NCBI RefSeq assembly: GCF_011386835.1
Contig: NC_088791.1
Span: forward strand, 349,804,001 to 349,868,000
From: Chrysemys picta bellii
Taxonomy: Eukaryota
Length of the DNA stretch: 64,000 nucleotides
Direction: 5' to 3'
The position numbers were made by a program, and so were the translations under genes. Positions 1 to 10,998 of this stretch are shown here, piece after piece; positions within the stretch are counted from its first letter, which is position 1; the number at the start of each line of letters is the position of its first letter. The notes beneath the pieces were generated by a model. The model was given only the letters and a program-made list of their open reading frames with translations, searched no databases and was not told the DNA's origin.

Positions 1-865
1 GTTATGAAAACCAACACCCTAGTAAAAGAAAAAAAGGTTCTCCTGATCCCACAGTACCAAGCCCCAGACCCAGGTCAATATACAAATCAGATCATACCCA
101 CAAATCACGCTGTTGCCAATCCTTTAGAATCGAAAATCTAAAGGTTTATTCATAAAAAGAAAGAAATATAGATGAGAGATAGAATTGGTTAAATGGAATC
201 AATTACATACAGTAAAGGGAATGTTCTTGGTTCAGGCTTGTAGCAGTGATGGAATAAACTGCAAGCTCAAATCAAATCTGTGGGATACATCCACAGCTGG
301 GGTTGGTCATTCAGTCCTTTGTTCAGAGCTTCAGTTTGTAGCAAGGCAAGACGCAGGATTGAAGACAAAATTGAGGCATTTCCAGGGCTTTTTATACTCT
401 CTGCCCTGTGGAAGGACACGTCTTTGTTCTTACTGTGGAAAATTACAGCAGCAAGATGGAGACTGGAGCCACATGGGCAAGTCACATGTCCATACATGAC
501 TCAGTTTGCAGATTGACACAATTGTTTACATGTTAGTTTGAACTTTCTCAGGAAAGCTCAGACGTGGATTGGTGTCTCCCAGGGTCCATTGTCAGTCAAG
601 TGTTTCTTGACTGGGCACTTACTGACAATAGTCCCTTCTCAAGAAGTTGACCAAATGCTTCACTGAGGCCACTTAGAATCACCAATATTCGTAACTTCAA
701 CTACAAAAACGATACACACATACAGACAGCAAAATCATAACCAGCAAATCATAACCTTTCCATAGACACCTTACACAACAACCTTTGCACAATATTTGCT
801 GCAAATATATAACGGTGGTTGCAACAATGATCTATATGCTCAGAGGTTATGTCAGTAACATCACA
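1..865. mobile_element. LTR-like element (Gypsy/ERV-type solo LTR), 5' part outside window
   Basis: Ends in ...GTCAGTAACATCACA (CA terminus). Internally similar to the element at 62701-63493 (shared AAAAGG-TTCT..ATCCC..CCAGGTC..GATC.TACCC..CACGCT..GCCAAT blocks). Confidence 0.55.
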
Positions 866-1036
866 GATACATACCCACAGTGCATTGCTCACGCTGTCGA
901 CAACGGTGCCCCGAATGTGGACACAATCTATCGACAGAGGGAGAAAATGTAGACTCGCTTTGGTGACTTTGCTTTTGTTGATTTTTTCGTGTTGACATTA
1001 GTTTAATTGACAAAACTTGGTAGTGTAGACAAGCCC
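866..1036. mobile_element. PIF/Harbinger-type MITE terminal fragment
   Basis: Ends TAGTGTAGACAAGCC, the reverse complement of a GGCTTGTCTACACTA terminal inverted repeat. Same terminus type as at 16788-16803. Confidence 0.55.
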
Positions 1037-1258
1037 TTTGTAAATGCTGTTGACTGCCTTGGTCTCCATCCCCCAGTGAGCTGTCCTGCCTCACCAGCCC
1101 CTCCCCCAGTTTTCCCGGCGTTAAACACTGTCTGAACCTCTCTCTACAGAGTGGAGGTCAGTATTTCATGTCGTCTCAGATGTAAGGGTCCAGCAAGGAA
1201 TAGGTGGCTGGTGTTTTTCATTTCCCAGGTCAACACTGCTGGAGCCAGCACTGATCTT

Positions 1259-2194
1259 TCACTTGATGAACACTCTGATTATCCTCGCACGAAGGTGTTT
1301 GCTTTTCACGCTGTACACAATTGGGTTCATCAGGGGCGGGACCAGCAGGAAGATGTAGCCCAGGACAATCTGTAGTAAGGGAGAAGAGCCCTTCCCTAAT
1401 CTGTGTATCAAAGCCAAGCCGATATCTGGTATGTAGAAGAGCAGGACAGCACAGAGGTGGGAGACGCAGGTGTTCAGGGCCCTGAGGCACTCCGTGTGTG
1501 ATGCAACACTCAGCACAGTTTTGAGGATCATCACATAAGAGAGGAAGATGAGCAGTGAATCGAATCCCACCGTGAAGACTGTAAGAAACAAGCCATAGAC
1601 GTAGTTGACTGTGATGTCTGAACAAGCCAGATTCATGACATCCTGGTGCAGGCAGTAGGAATGGGAGAGGACATTGTCTCGACAGTATTGGAACCGTTTC
1701 AGGAGAAAGGGGAATGGGAATGATACGGCCACCCCTCTTAGCACACACACCAGTCCCATCTTGGATATTCTTGGCAGGGTTAAGATGGAAGCATATCTCA
1801 GTGGGTTAGAGATCGCGACAAAGCGGTCAAATGCCATCAACAAGAGTATGGAGGATTCAGTGAATACAAATGAGTGGATGAAGAACAGCTGGGCAAAACA
1901 GGCATTGAGGCTGATCTCCTTAGAGTTAAACAAATATATGCCCAGTATTGTCGGTATGGTGGATATCGATAAGCCAAGGTCTGTGATGGCCAACATGGAA
2001 AGGAAAATGTACATGGGCTCATGCAGGCTTGGATCTGTTTTTATAATGAACAGAATGGTTGAATTTCCCAATATTGAAAAAACATAAATGAAGCAGAAGG
2101 GTATGGAGATCCAGAGATGGATGTCTTCCTGCCCAGGTATCCTGGTGAGAAGGAACATTGCAGATTTGAGTTTGGTGTCATTGACAGCTGACAT
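1259..2194 (-). CDS. OR1: class I olfactory receptor, family 51-like, intact 311 aa
   Basis: Full ORF with OR motifs LHEPMYIFLSMLA, MAFDRFVAISNPLRY, SHSYCLHQD, RALNTCVSH, HRLG, PPLMNPIVYSVK. N-glycosylation sequon NDT at the N-terminus. Confidence 0.97.
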   Translation of the reverse strand: MSAVNDTKLKSAMFLLTRIPGQEDIHLWISIPFCFIYVFSILGNSTILFIIKTDPSLHEPMYIFLSMLAITDLGLSISTIPTILGIYLFNSKEISLNACFAQLFFIHSFVFTESSILLLMAFDRFVAISNPLRYASILTLPRISKMGLVCVLRGVAVSFPFPFLLKRFQYCRDNVLSHSYCLHQDVMNLACSDITVNYVYGLFLTVFTVGFDSLLIFLSYVMILKTVLSVASHTECLRALNTCVSHLCAVLLFYIPDIGLALIHRLGKGSSPLLQIVLGYIFLLVPPLMNPIVYSVKSKHLRARIIRVFIK

Positions 2195-2235
2195 AATGTA
2201 CAGGGGAAGTTTCCAGGAGTTTTGGACTTTCCTTC

Positions 2236-2262
2236 CTGAAAGGAGAAAAAAACAGGAGACTA
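2236..2262 (-). promoter_or_regulatory. Putative 3' splice acceptor of the OR coding exon (also at 13537, 24746, 32945, 46079, 61102 on +)
   Basis: Polypyrimidine tract plus TTTCAG|GAAGG located 40-41 nt upstream of the ATG in all six genes. No ATG between the AG and the start codon. A 5' UTR intron is typical of OR genes. Confidence 0.75.
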
Positions 2263-3107
2263 GATGATATTTAATGAGAGATCATTCTGCTCTTTGTGCA
2301 TTACTAGAGACTCCCAGGAGCTCAAGGAAGATCAGCAAAAATATAGTCTTGGATTTATGGCACCGATAAAAAGATAGGCATTGCTAGACTGGAACAGACC
2401 AGTTCTAGATGCTTCAGTGGAAGGTGGAAGAAGCCCTTTTGAGTGTGGCCCATTGTATCATGACATGTGAAAACACATGACAAGTGCCTGGTGAAAATGG
2501 TCATTATATTTATCTGCTCTGCATAGAAGCTATTCATAAATGTGTTTCATTACCTCCTTATATATAATTTTGTCACCTCCTGAGAGTCCAAAGTATGCCA
2601 CTGTCTCTTAAGGTACACGGGATAAATTCTTAGGGCCAGGTTCTTAATTCAATAATAGTGACTTCAACTATGTCACTCCAGATTTAAATGTGTAAATTTG
2701 ATCAGAACTGGGTTCTATTAACTTTCCCTACCAAATGCTCCCGGGGATACACTGTGAGCCCCAACAATCCCTCCAAGAGAAGCTGAAGTGCTTTGCCTGA
2801 ATAGTGTTGTCTGAATCCAGAGAGGTGGATCATCCTACAGGCTCCCCTTCATCCTCACAGGAACTGCATCCTCTCCCCATGCAAGGGATTATAGTTATCT
2901 GGCAATTTATAAGCTAACATGGACAGTTACTTCAGGTGGATTGGGGAGGGGTTGGCGTCAAACATGGGTGAATAGTGCAAACACTAGATTTCCCCTAATA
3001 TCCAGCTGAGTGTCCAAGTTAGTTCTGCCATGCTTGTGTAAGAGGTGACGTGTGTAAATTTCAAAGAACTACAATAACATTCCTCTTTCCTGCACTTCAG
3101 CTCTATA

Positions 3108-3299
3108 CACCTCTACCCCGATATAACGTGACCCGATATAACACGAATTTGGATATAACACAGTAAAGCAGCACTCCGGGGGGGAGGAGGGGAGGGAGAA
3201 ATCTGGCGGATCAAAGTAAGTTCAATATAACGCGATTTCACCTATAACGCAGTAAGATTTTTTGGCTCCCGAGAACAGAGTTATGTCGGGGTAGAGGTG
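3108..3299. mobile_element. Tc1/mariner (Tigger/pogo-like) MITE
   Basis: 20-bp TIRs CACCTCTACCCCGATATAAC / GTTATGTCGGGGTAGAGGTG (19/20 match), flanked by TA on both sides (3106-3107, 3300-3301). Absent from units 2-6. Confidence 0.9.
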
Positions 3300-4842
3300 T
3301 ACTACTGAAACACAGACTTGGAGAGGTATTGCAGAGGGATTGTGTACATGACCCTGTATGTAAGTGTTAGAAACAACTTCTGGTCGATTACCAGTAGACA
3401 GTATCATACAGCTGTTCATTGAACAAAGAGTTAATAGCACAAACCCATTGCAAACAGTATGTGGAGCACTTCTGAAATACTTTCTAAAGCAAAAGCCATT
3501 AAACAGTAAAGTTACCCCTGATCCTTCCTGTAGAGATTCCAACAACTCTGCTTCTGGCTTTCAATATACAGGCATGACATGAAAGTTTGATTTGTAATAT
3601 TTGTATTCCAATGAGAAGTTTTGGCATAACATTTCCACATCTGTACTTTAGCACACACACGTCAACCCATTCTTTCCCCTCTGATCTGCTTTCAGAGATG
3701 ATTTCTCAGGTTAGAGAGGGACTTAAAATGTAGCGTCTGCCATCGGGATTTCTTCAGCATCTGAAAAGATCCCAGTGTCTCAGTCCTCATTCAGTCACTT
3801 GTCAGCAAACAAAAGTCTAGTAGCTCCTCTGTCCCTGGGTTAATAGCTGACTGGTTCTTATCAGGTTCTGTTCTTCCAGTCTGTAGCCTGTACCCGGAGT
3901 ATCTGCAGCTCTGAATTCCTGTATTCACAACTGAGCCAGGGAGTAACATCTTTGAAAATGGCTCTGGGAAACCAGAGATTGGACAGAGATGCCGGTTGCC
4001 CTGTAACTCTGAGGGGTCTCTACAGGGCAGAGATTCTAGAGCCCTTAGCAAGTCAGGGAACAGACATACGCCCTTTCGGACCTGTTATCACAGCTCTGAA
4101 TTCCTGCATTCACAATCGAGCCAGGCAATAAAACTTGGTAATGCATTTTCTGATTAAATTTCCAGGAGCAAATAAACCTGAGGCGATTTGGGAACTAGTC
4201 ACTGTCATTCCGTGGGGTCTCCTCTCGCTCAGCCCCTGGCAGGATCGGGCCCAGAGTACACGGGCATCGGGATTTTCATATTCTGAGCTCCCTTTGAATG
4301 TCAGATTTCTGTGTAGTTTGAACAGCTCACTGCGGAGCATGGGTAGATGTCGGGAAGGGGCTCCCAAGCTACCTAGCGCTGCCTGATCTCCAGCCCCTGT
4401 CACTGAGTCACCCCGACAGCCCCGCTGAGTCCTCTGCCGCTGCACAGAACATCTGCAAATGTTTCCCTTCCCTTCACATTTTAAAGCTAGTGAAACCTGC
4501 CAACGTACCCAATTCCTGCTAGACGGGGAGCCGCTGACACCAGAGATCTTCACCCTAAAGGACAAGGAGTCATCAGAGAGGTAGCACAGGCAGCAGGCAG
4601 TATCTGTTCAGACAGGGAGGCAACTGTCTTTATGAAGCATGTCTGCACATTCCCTTGGGGGCCACTTGGCCATCAGGGAACCTCAGCTGCTCGGCTCAGT
4701 GTGCACCAGCTTTAACCCCTGTCGTGACCAATGGCAAACTGCAGGAGGCCAATCACAGGGGATGCGCGGTGATGGTACACAACTGGACTGCAGCACCAGC
4801 CATGCTGCAGGTTCTATTCCTGGAATCCGGGCTTGTCGTAAC

Positions 4843-5701
4843 CAGTTTTGGATTTAGAGTTAGTGCGGCCCCATGCGTAGCTTTATTTTTCGTTTCCCCT
4901 TTTGGGACCCAGCCAAGGAAAAGAAGGTTCTCTGTTATCTCCCCCTCCCATTTTTCATTCTGTTTTTCTTCCTCCTCCTCCTATATTATAAGTAATAGGA
5001 AGTAAATGAAAATAAAGTGAGGTACCTTTATTGGCGCAGGGGGTTGGGGTGTGGGAGGAGTGCGGGGGCTCAGGCTTTGGGGGGAAATTTGGGTGCAGGC
5101 TGCGGGCTCTGGCCTGAGCCAGGGCCTTGGGGTGCGGGAGGAGGTCAAGGGGTGGATCTTCTCTAGGGTGGCGCAGCTCCCAAAGTGACTGGATTCACAT
5201 CCCTCTGGCAGCCGCTTCTAGGCGGGGGGGGCAGGGGGTCTCCATGTGCCACTGCCCATGGGTGCCACTCCAGCAGTTCCCATTGGCTGCAGTTCCTGGC
5301 CAATGGGAGCTGTGGAGTCGGCGCTTGGCGTAGGGACAGCACACGGTGACACCCACCCCAAGGGCTGCAGGGAGGGAGGCAGAGTGGGCAGGGAGCCATC
5401 TTAGCCCTGGCCTGCTGCGCTTCTGCTGGAACGTCTCCGCCTGCCCCTGGAGGGGAGGGGGTAGCGGGTCTCCAGGGCAGGGGCAGAGCACAGAGACGTG
5501 CCAGAAATTGGCCACTTCTGGGCATGGCCTGGGGCCACCAGCCACAGCATGCAAGCAGGCTGCCTGCCTGAGTCCTGCTACACCGCCAGCCGGGACTCGG
5601 GGCAGGTTGTCAGATGAGATTTCTCCTGCATTTTTCGGGCTCCCCTGTGGTTGGGGGCTCCCTGCCACCACACGGCTTGTTTCATGGTAAATCCACTCCT
5701 G
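4843..5701. mobile_element. Non-autonomous hAT DNA transposon, GC-rich interior
   Basis: Imperfect TIRs CAGTTTTGGATTTA / TAAATCCACTCCTG. 8-bp flanks GTCGTAAC / GTCATCAC. The paralogous empty site has a single GTCATCAC (reverse complement of 57211-57218). Confidence 0.8.
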
Positions 5702-6603
5702 GTCATCACTGTTCATATGGTTCCGATTAGTCACATGGCTACCTTGGGGGAGGCTGAGGGGTAACGATGATGCTGTCAGAGCTGTGATCTTGCTGAAATA
5801 AAATAAAATAGAATAAAAATATAGGACCTGATTTCTCCCCAGCAGTCCCGTTTGCTGCATTACAAACCATAGGTGCAGGCCAGGGAAGGGAGATTCCACA
5901 AGGCTCCATATAGGGAAATTTCCCTCAGATTGTTCTGGGGGGTGTTCCTCCCCTTCTCCCCGAGGAATGAAAAGAGGTACCCAGGATCCAGGGATCCACA
6001 AAGTTATGCACAGATCTCAGTGATCCACTGGTAGCTAGGCCCCCCACCCACAATCTCTGGACCTCCACAACTGCTCTAGGACCCTCTCCAGCTCCCTGCT
6101 AGCACAGGTTCATCAGAGATGTGCTACCAGGCCTGTCACAGTAGCCACTGCCCACAGGATCTGCTGAAGGAGCGTTGTACAGTGTGGAGGGGGCTGTACA
6201 GTGATGGGAAGTCTGGTTAGAGTAGCTGATGGGCACAATACCCCAGCCCTAGACTGGTCAGGAGGTTTAAACCTTTCCATGCCCAGAGTGCAGCCATAGA
6301 CTCCGTCACTGCAAACTTTCTGTTGCGAGGAATTAGCAGACGAAAAGCCTCCAATTTCTGTTATGGAGCCAAGAAGCTGCAGCTGGGCAGCATCGTGGCA
6401 GCTGAGCGTACAGAGAAAAGTGATCCATTTTCTTTGAAAACTCATCCTGAATGAATGGGTGAAAAGGGAACATTTCAGTTTGAGTCTCAGTTATTTACGG
6501 TGTCTGTTTTCCAGCCCAGCTGTAGCTCAAAGCATGAGCCTCTGTCCCTTGTACTATAGGACCACACCCCTGGGTGGCAACACTCCCACACTGGGCAGCA
6601 CTT

Positions 6604-6934
6604 TAGGATGACCATATTTCCCAAGGAGAAAATGGGAGACACCCAGATGCTCACCAGAGGCCCTGCCCACCCTCCATGCAAGGCTGTCGCCCATGGCCGG
6701 AACCCTGCCTACAGCTCTGCCTCACCCCATGCAGGGAGCTGGCATCTCCATTCATCTCCACCGAACAGTCCTCTGCTCCCCACTTCCCCACGTTTTTGAC
6801 AGGAAGGGACATTTCTCCTGTTAGCACTTACGAAGTCATCAAGGGCACATGGGACAAAAGCCGCCTTTCGAAAAAAATGGACAGGATTGAAATAAGGGAC
6901 TGTACCAGCCAAAACGGAACCAATGGGCACCCTA
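6604..6934. mobile_element. hAT-like MITE (TAGGGTGACCA-type TIR)
   Basis: Ends TAGGATGACCATAT ... AATGGGCACCCTA. Same site and same ends as 56167-56383 in inverted orientation. Confidence 0.7.
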
Positions 6935-6939
6935 CCACA

Positions 6940-7224
6940 CACTCAAATGTGAAATTGCAGAACTACTAAGGGTGGTTTGGAACCTATCACTTAGCTTCTG
7001 TACCAAAAGACTGGAGGATAGCTAATTTGATGCCAATTTTTAAAAAGGGCTGCAGAGTTGATCCCAGCAATTACAGGCTGGTAAGACTAATTTCAGTACT
7101 GGGCAACTGGTTGAAACTATAGTAAAGAACAAAATGTCAGACATATTGATGAATATAATTTTGGGGGGAAGAGTCAACATGGTTTTAGTAAAGGGAAATC
7201 ATGCCTCACCAACCTACTAGAATT
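6940..7224 (+). mobile_element. Old CR1 LINE ORF2 (RT) fragment, part a
   Basis: Encodes a degenerate DWRIAN..PIFKKG...SQHGFSKGKSCLTNLLE, the CR1 RT N-terminal region. Confidence 0.85.
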
Positions 7225-7955
7225 ATCACAGTATCATAGACGATTAGGGTTGGAAGAGACCTCAGGAGGTCATCTAGTTCAACCCCCTACTCAAAGCAGA
7301 ACCAACGCCAACTGAATCATCCTAGCCAGGGCTTTGTCAAGCCGGGCCTTCAAAATCTCTAAGGATGGAGATTCCACCACCTCCCTAGGGAACCCATTCC
7401 AGTGCTTCACCACCCAACTAGTGAAATAGTGTTTCCTAATATCCAATCTAGACCTCCCCCACTGCAACTTGAGACCATTGCTCCTTGTTCTGTCATCTGC
7501 CACCACTGAGAACAGCCAAGCTCCATCCTCTTTGGAACCCCCCTTCAGTTAGTTGAAGGCTGCTATCAAATCCCCCCCCACTCTTCTCTTCTGCAGACTA
7601 AATAACCCCAGTTCCTTCTGCCTCTCCTCATAAGTCATGTGCCCCAGCCCCCTAATCATTTTTGTTGCCCTCCGCTGGACACTCTCCAATTTGTTCACAT
7701 CCCTTCTTTAGTGGGGGGACCAAAACTGGACACAATAATCCAGGTGTGGCCTCACCAGTGCCGAATAGAGGGGAATAATCACTTCCTTCTATCTGCTGGC
7801 AATTCTCAGACTAATAAAGCCCAATATGCCGTTGGCCTTTTTGGCAACAAGGGCACATTGTTGACTCATATTCAGCTTCTTGTCCACTGTAATCCCCAGA
7901 TCCTTTTCTGCAGAACTGCTGCTTATCTAGTCGGTCCCCAGCCTGTAGCGGTGCA
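7225..7955 (-). mobile_element. Younger CR1 3' end with tail
   Basis: Minus-strand ORF ...[43 protein letters not shown]. Tail CCAACCCTAATCGTCTATGATACTGTGAT. Confidence 0.92.
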
Positions 7956-8286
7956 TGGAACAGGTAATCATCAAGTGACCCATCTCCTGTCTCCCAATTC
8001 CAAGCTTCTGGCAAAAGGAGGCTAGGGAGACCATCCCTGCCAGTACTGGTTAATATCCATTGATAGACCTATCCTTCATGAATGTATATAGTTCTTTTTT
8101 GAACCCTGTTATTGTCTTGGCCTTCACAAAGTCCTCTGGCAAGGAGTTCCACAGGTTGACTGTGTGTTATGTGAAAAAATACTTCCTTTTGTTTATTTTA
8201 AACCTGCTGCCTATTGATTTCATTTGGTACCACCTAGTTCTTGTGTTATGAGAAGGAGTAAACAACACTTCCTTATCTACTTTTTC

Positions 8287-8309
8287 TAAGGTGCCACAAG
8301 TACTCCTGT
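8287..8309 (+). mobile_element. 23-nt Penelope terminal-repeat micro-insertion
   Basis: TAAGGTGCCACAAGTACTCCTGT is identical to the repeat at 60962-60984. Flanked by a perfect 11-bp duplication TCTACTTTTTC (8276-8286, 8310-8320). Confidence 0.8.
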
Positions 8310-9093
8310 TCTACTTTTTCCATGCTAGTCATGATTTTATAGACCTCTGTCCTATCCCTCCTTAGTCGTCTCTTTTCTGAGCTGAAAAGTCCCAGTCTTA
8401 TTAATCTCTCCTCACATGGCAGCCGTTCCATACCCCTAATCATTTTTGTTGCCCTTTTCTGAAACTTTTCCAATTCTAATATAACTTTTTTGAGATGGGG
8501 TAACCACATCTGCACACAGTATTCAAGGTGTGGGCATATCATGGGTTTATATAGAGGGAATATGATATTGTCTGTTTGATTGTCTATGCTTTTCCTAATG
8601 ATTCTCAATATTTTGATAGCTTTTTTTTTTTTTGACTGCTGCTGCACATTGAGTGGAGGTTTTCAGAGAACTATCCGCAGTGACTCCAGGATCTCTTTCT
8701 TTAGTGGTAACAGCTAATTTAGATCCAAACATCTTATATATATAGCTGGGATTATGTTTTCCAATGTGCATTACTTTGCATTTATCAACAATGAATTTCA
8801 TCTGCCATTTTGTTTACCAGTCATCCAGTTTTGTGAAATCATTTTGAAGGGCTTCTCAGTCTGCTTGGGACTTAACTATCTTGAGCAGTTTTGTATCATC
8901 TGCAAATTTTACCACCTCACCATTTATCCCTTTTTCCAGATCATTTATGAATATGTTGAATAGGACTGGTTTAACGACAGACCTCTGGGGGACACCACTA
9001 TTTACCTCTCTCGATTCTGAAAACTGACCATTTATATCTACCCTTTGTTTCCTATCTTTTAACCAGTTACCAATCCATGAGAAGAAATTCCCT

Positions 9094-9420
9094 ACAAAAA
9101 GTAATTTTCCTTCTTGTCAACTGTTGGAAATGGGCCACCCTGATTGCATTGGCCTCATTAGCATTTTCCTTCCCTTGGTATTCATCCCTTCTTGTCAACT
9201 GTTGAGAATAGGCCACTTCCACCTTAATTGAATTGACTCGTTAGCACTGACCCCCACACTTGGTAGGGCAACTCCCATCTTTTCATGTGCTATGATATAT
9301 ATTCTGCTTATTGTATTTTTCACTCCATGCATCTGATGAAGTGGGTTTTAGCCCACGAAAGCTTATGCCCAAATAAATTTGTGAATCTCTAAGGTGCCAC
9401 AAGGACTCCTTGTTCTTTTT
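9094..9420 (+). mobile_element. Penelope-like element 3' terminal fragment inserted in CR1
   Basis: Similar to the 3' ends of the Penelope copies at 28740-28990 and 52030-52294. Ends ...AAGGTGCCACAAGGACTCCTTGTTCTTTTT. Confidence 0.85.
9329..9368 (+). ncRNA. Minimal type I hammerhead ribozyme motif (Penelope-associated)
   Basis: GCAT-CTGATGA-A-GTGGG(TTTTAG)CCCAC-GAAA-GCTT-ATGC. Stem I GCAT/ATGC, core CUGAUGA and GAAA, 5-bp stem II, palindromic stem III AAGCTT. Confidence 0.8.
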
Positions 9421-9538
9421 CCTTTTATCCTCTGATATCTTACTTTACTTAACTTACTTTGGTGAGGGACCCTGATAAAACTAAGTATACTATATCCGCT
9501 GAATCCTCCTTGTCCACCAGCTTGTTGACCCCATCAAA

Positions 9539-10998
9539 TGGCCATTGGGCTTGAGAATTTGTGGTGATTAGGGGAGGTCCTGGATGATTGGAAAAAGGCA
9601 AATATAGTGCCCATATTTTAAAAAGGGAAGAAAGAGAACCTGGGGAACTACAGATCAGTCAGCATCACTTCAGACCCTGGCAAAATCATGGACAGGTCCT
9701 CAAGGAATCCATTTTGAAACACTTAGAGGAGAGGAAGGTGATCAGGAACAGTCAACATGGATTCACCAAGGGCAAGTCAATCCTAACCAACCTGATTCCC
9801 TTCTATGATGAGATAACTGGCTCTGTGGGGAAAGCAGTGGACATGTTATTCCTTGACTTTAGCAAAGCTTTTGATACGGTCTCCCACAGTATTCTTGCCA
9901 GCAAGTAAAAGAAGTATGGATTGGATGAATGGACTATAAGGTGAATAGAAAGCTGGCTAGATTGTCCGGCTCAATGGGTAGTGATCAACGGCTCAATGTC
10001 TAGTTGGCAGCCGGTATCAAGCGGCGTGCCCCAGGGTCGGTCCTGGGGCAGGTTTTGTTCAAAATCTTTATTAATGATCTGGATGACAGATTAATTGCAC
10101 CCTCAGCAAGTTCACAGATGGCACTAAGCTGGGGGGAGAGGTATATTCACTAGAGGGTAGGGATATAGTCCAGAGTGATCTAGACAAATTGGAGGATTGG
10201 GCCAAAAGAAATCTGATGAGGTTCAACAAGGATAAGTGCAGAGTCCTGCACTTAGGACGGAAGAATCCCATGCACCACTAGAGGCTGGGGACCGCCTACC
10301 TAAGCAGCAGTTCTGCAGAAAATGACCTGGGGATTACAGTGGACGAGAAGCTGGATATAGTCCGCAGTGTGCCCTTGTTGCCAAGAAGGCTAATAGCATA
10401 TTGGGCTGAATTAGTAGGAGTATTGTCAGCAGATCGAGGGAAGTGATTATTCCCATCTATCGGCACTTGTGAGGCCACATCTGCGATATTATGTCCAGTT
10501 TTGGTCCCCCCACTACAGAAGGGATGTGGACAAATTGGAGAGAGTCCGGCGGAGCGCAATGACAATGATTAGGGGGCTGAGGCACATGACTTGCAAGAAG
10601 AGGCTGAGGCAATTGGGATTGTTTTGTCTGAAGAAGAGAAGAGTGAGGGGGGATTTGATAGCAGCCTTCAACTACCTGAAGGGGGGTTCCAAAGAGGATG
10701 GACATTGGCTGCTCTCAGCGGTGGCAGATGACAGAACAAGAAGCAATGGTCTCAAGTTGCAGTGGGGGAGGTCTAGGTTGGATATTATAAAAAATAATTT
10801 AACTAGTTGGGTGGTGAAGCACTGGAATGGGTTTCCTAGGGAGGTGGTGGATCTCCATCCTTAGAGGTTTTTAAGGCCCGGCTTGACGAAGCCCTGGCTG
10901 GGATGATTTAGTTGGTGTTGGTCCTGCTTTGAGCAGGGGGTTGGACTAGATGACCTCCTGAGGTCTCTTCCAACCCTAATCTTCTATGATTCTATGAT
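9539..10998 (+). mobile_element. Younger CR1, 5'-truncated (~1.45 kb), with tail
   Basis: RT peptides SQHGFTKGKS.LTNLI.FYDEITG, FLDFSKAFDTVSH, HL.YYVQFWSPHYRRDVDKLERV. Ends CCAACCCTAATCTTCTATGATTCTATGAT. Confidence 0.95.

Larger units (their letters stand above)
1150..6939 (-). repeat. Inverted, more diverged copy of the OR duplication unit (unit 1)
   Basis: 2200-6600 is the reverse complement of the upstream regions of OR2-OR6 (e.g. 3690-3870 vs 11850-11990; 4180-4830 vs 57230-57910; 6000-6600 vs 56390-56940). Confidence 0.9.
7956..9538 (-). mobile_element. Old CR1 ORF2 fragment, part b (interrupted by two Penelope inserts)
   Basis: Minus-strand peptides MKFIVDKCKVMHIGKHNP..., [30 protein letters not shown]. 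Confidence 0.9.

Noticed and set aside
5195-6001. 268-aa minus-strand ORF (and similar 233-267 aa ORFs at 25951 and 34080)
   Set aside because: GC-rich low-complexity frames crossing TE/flank boundaries, not conserved between paralogous units.
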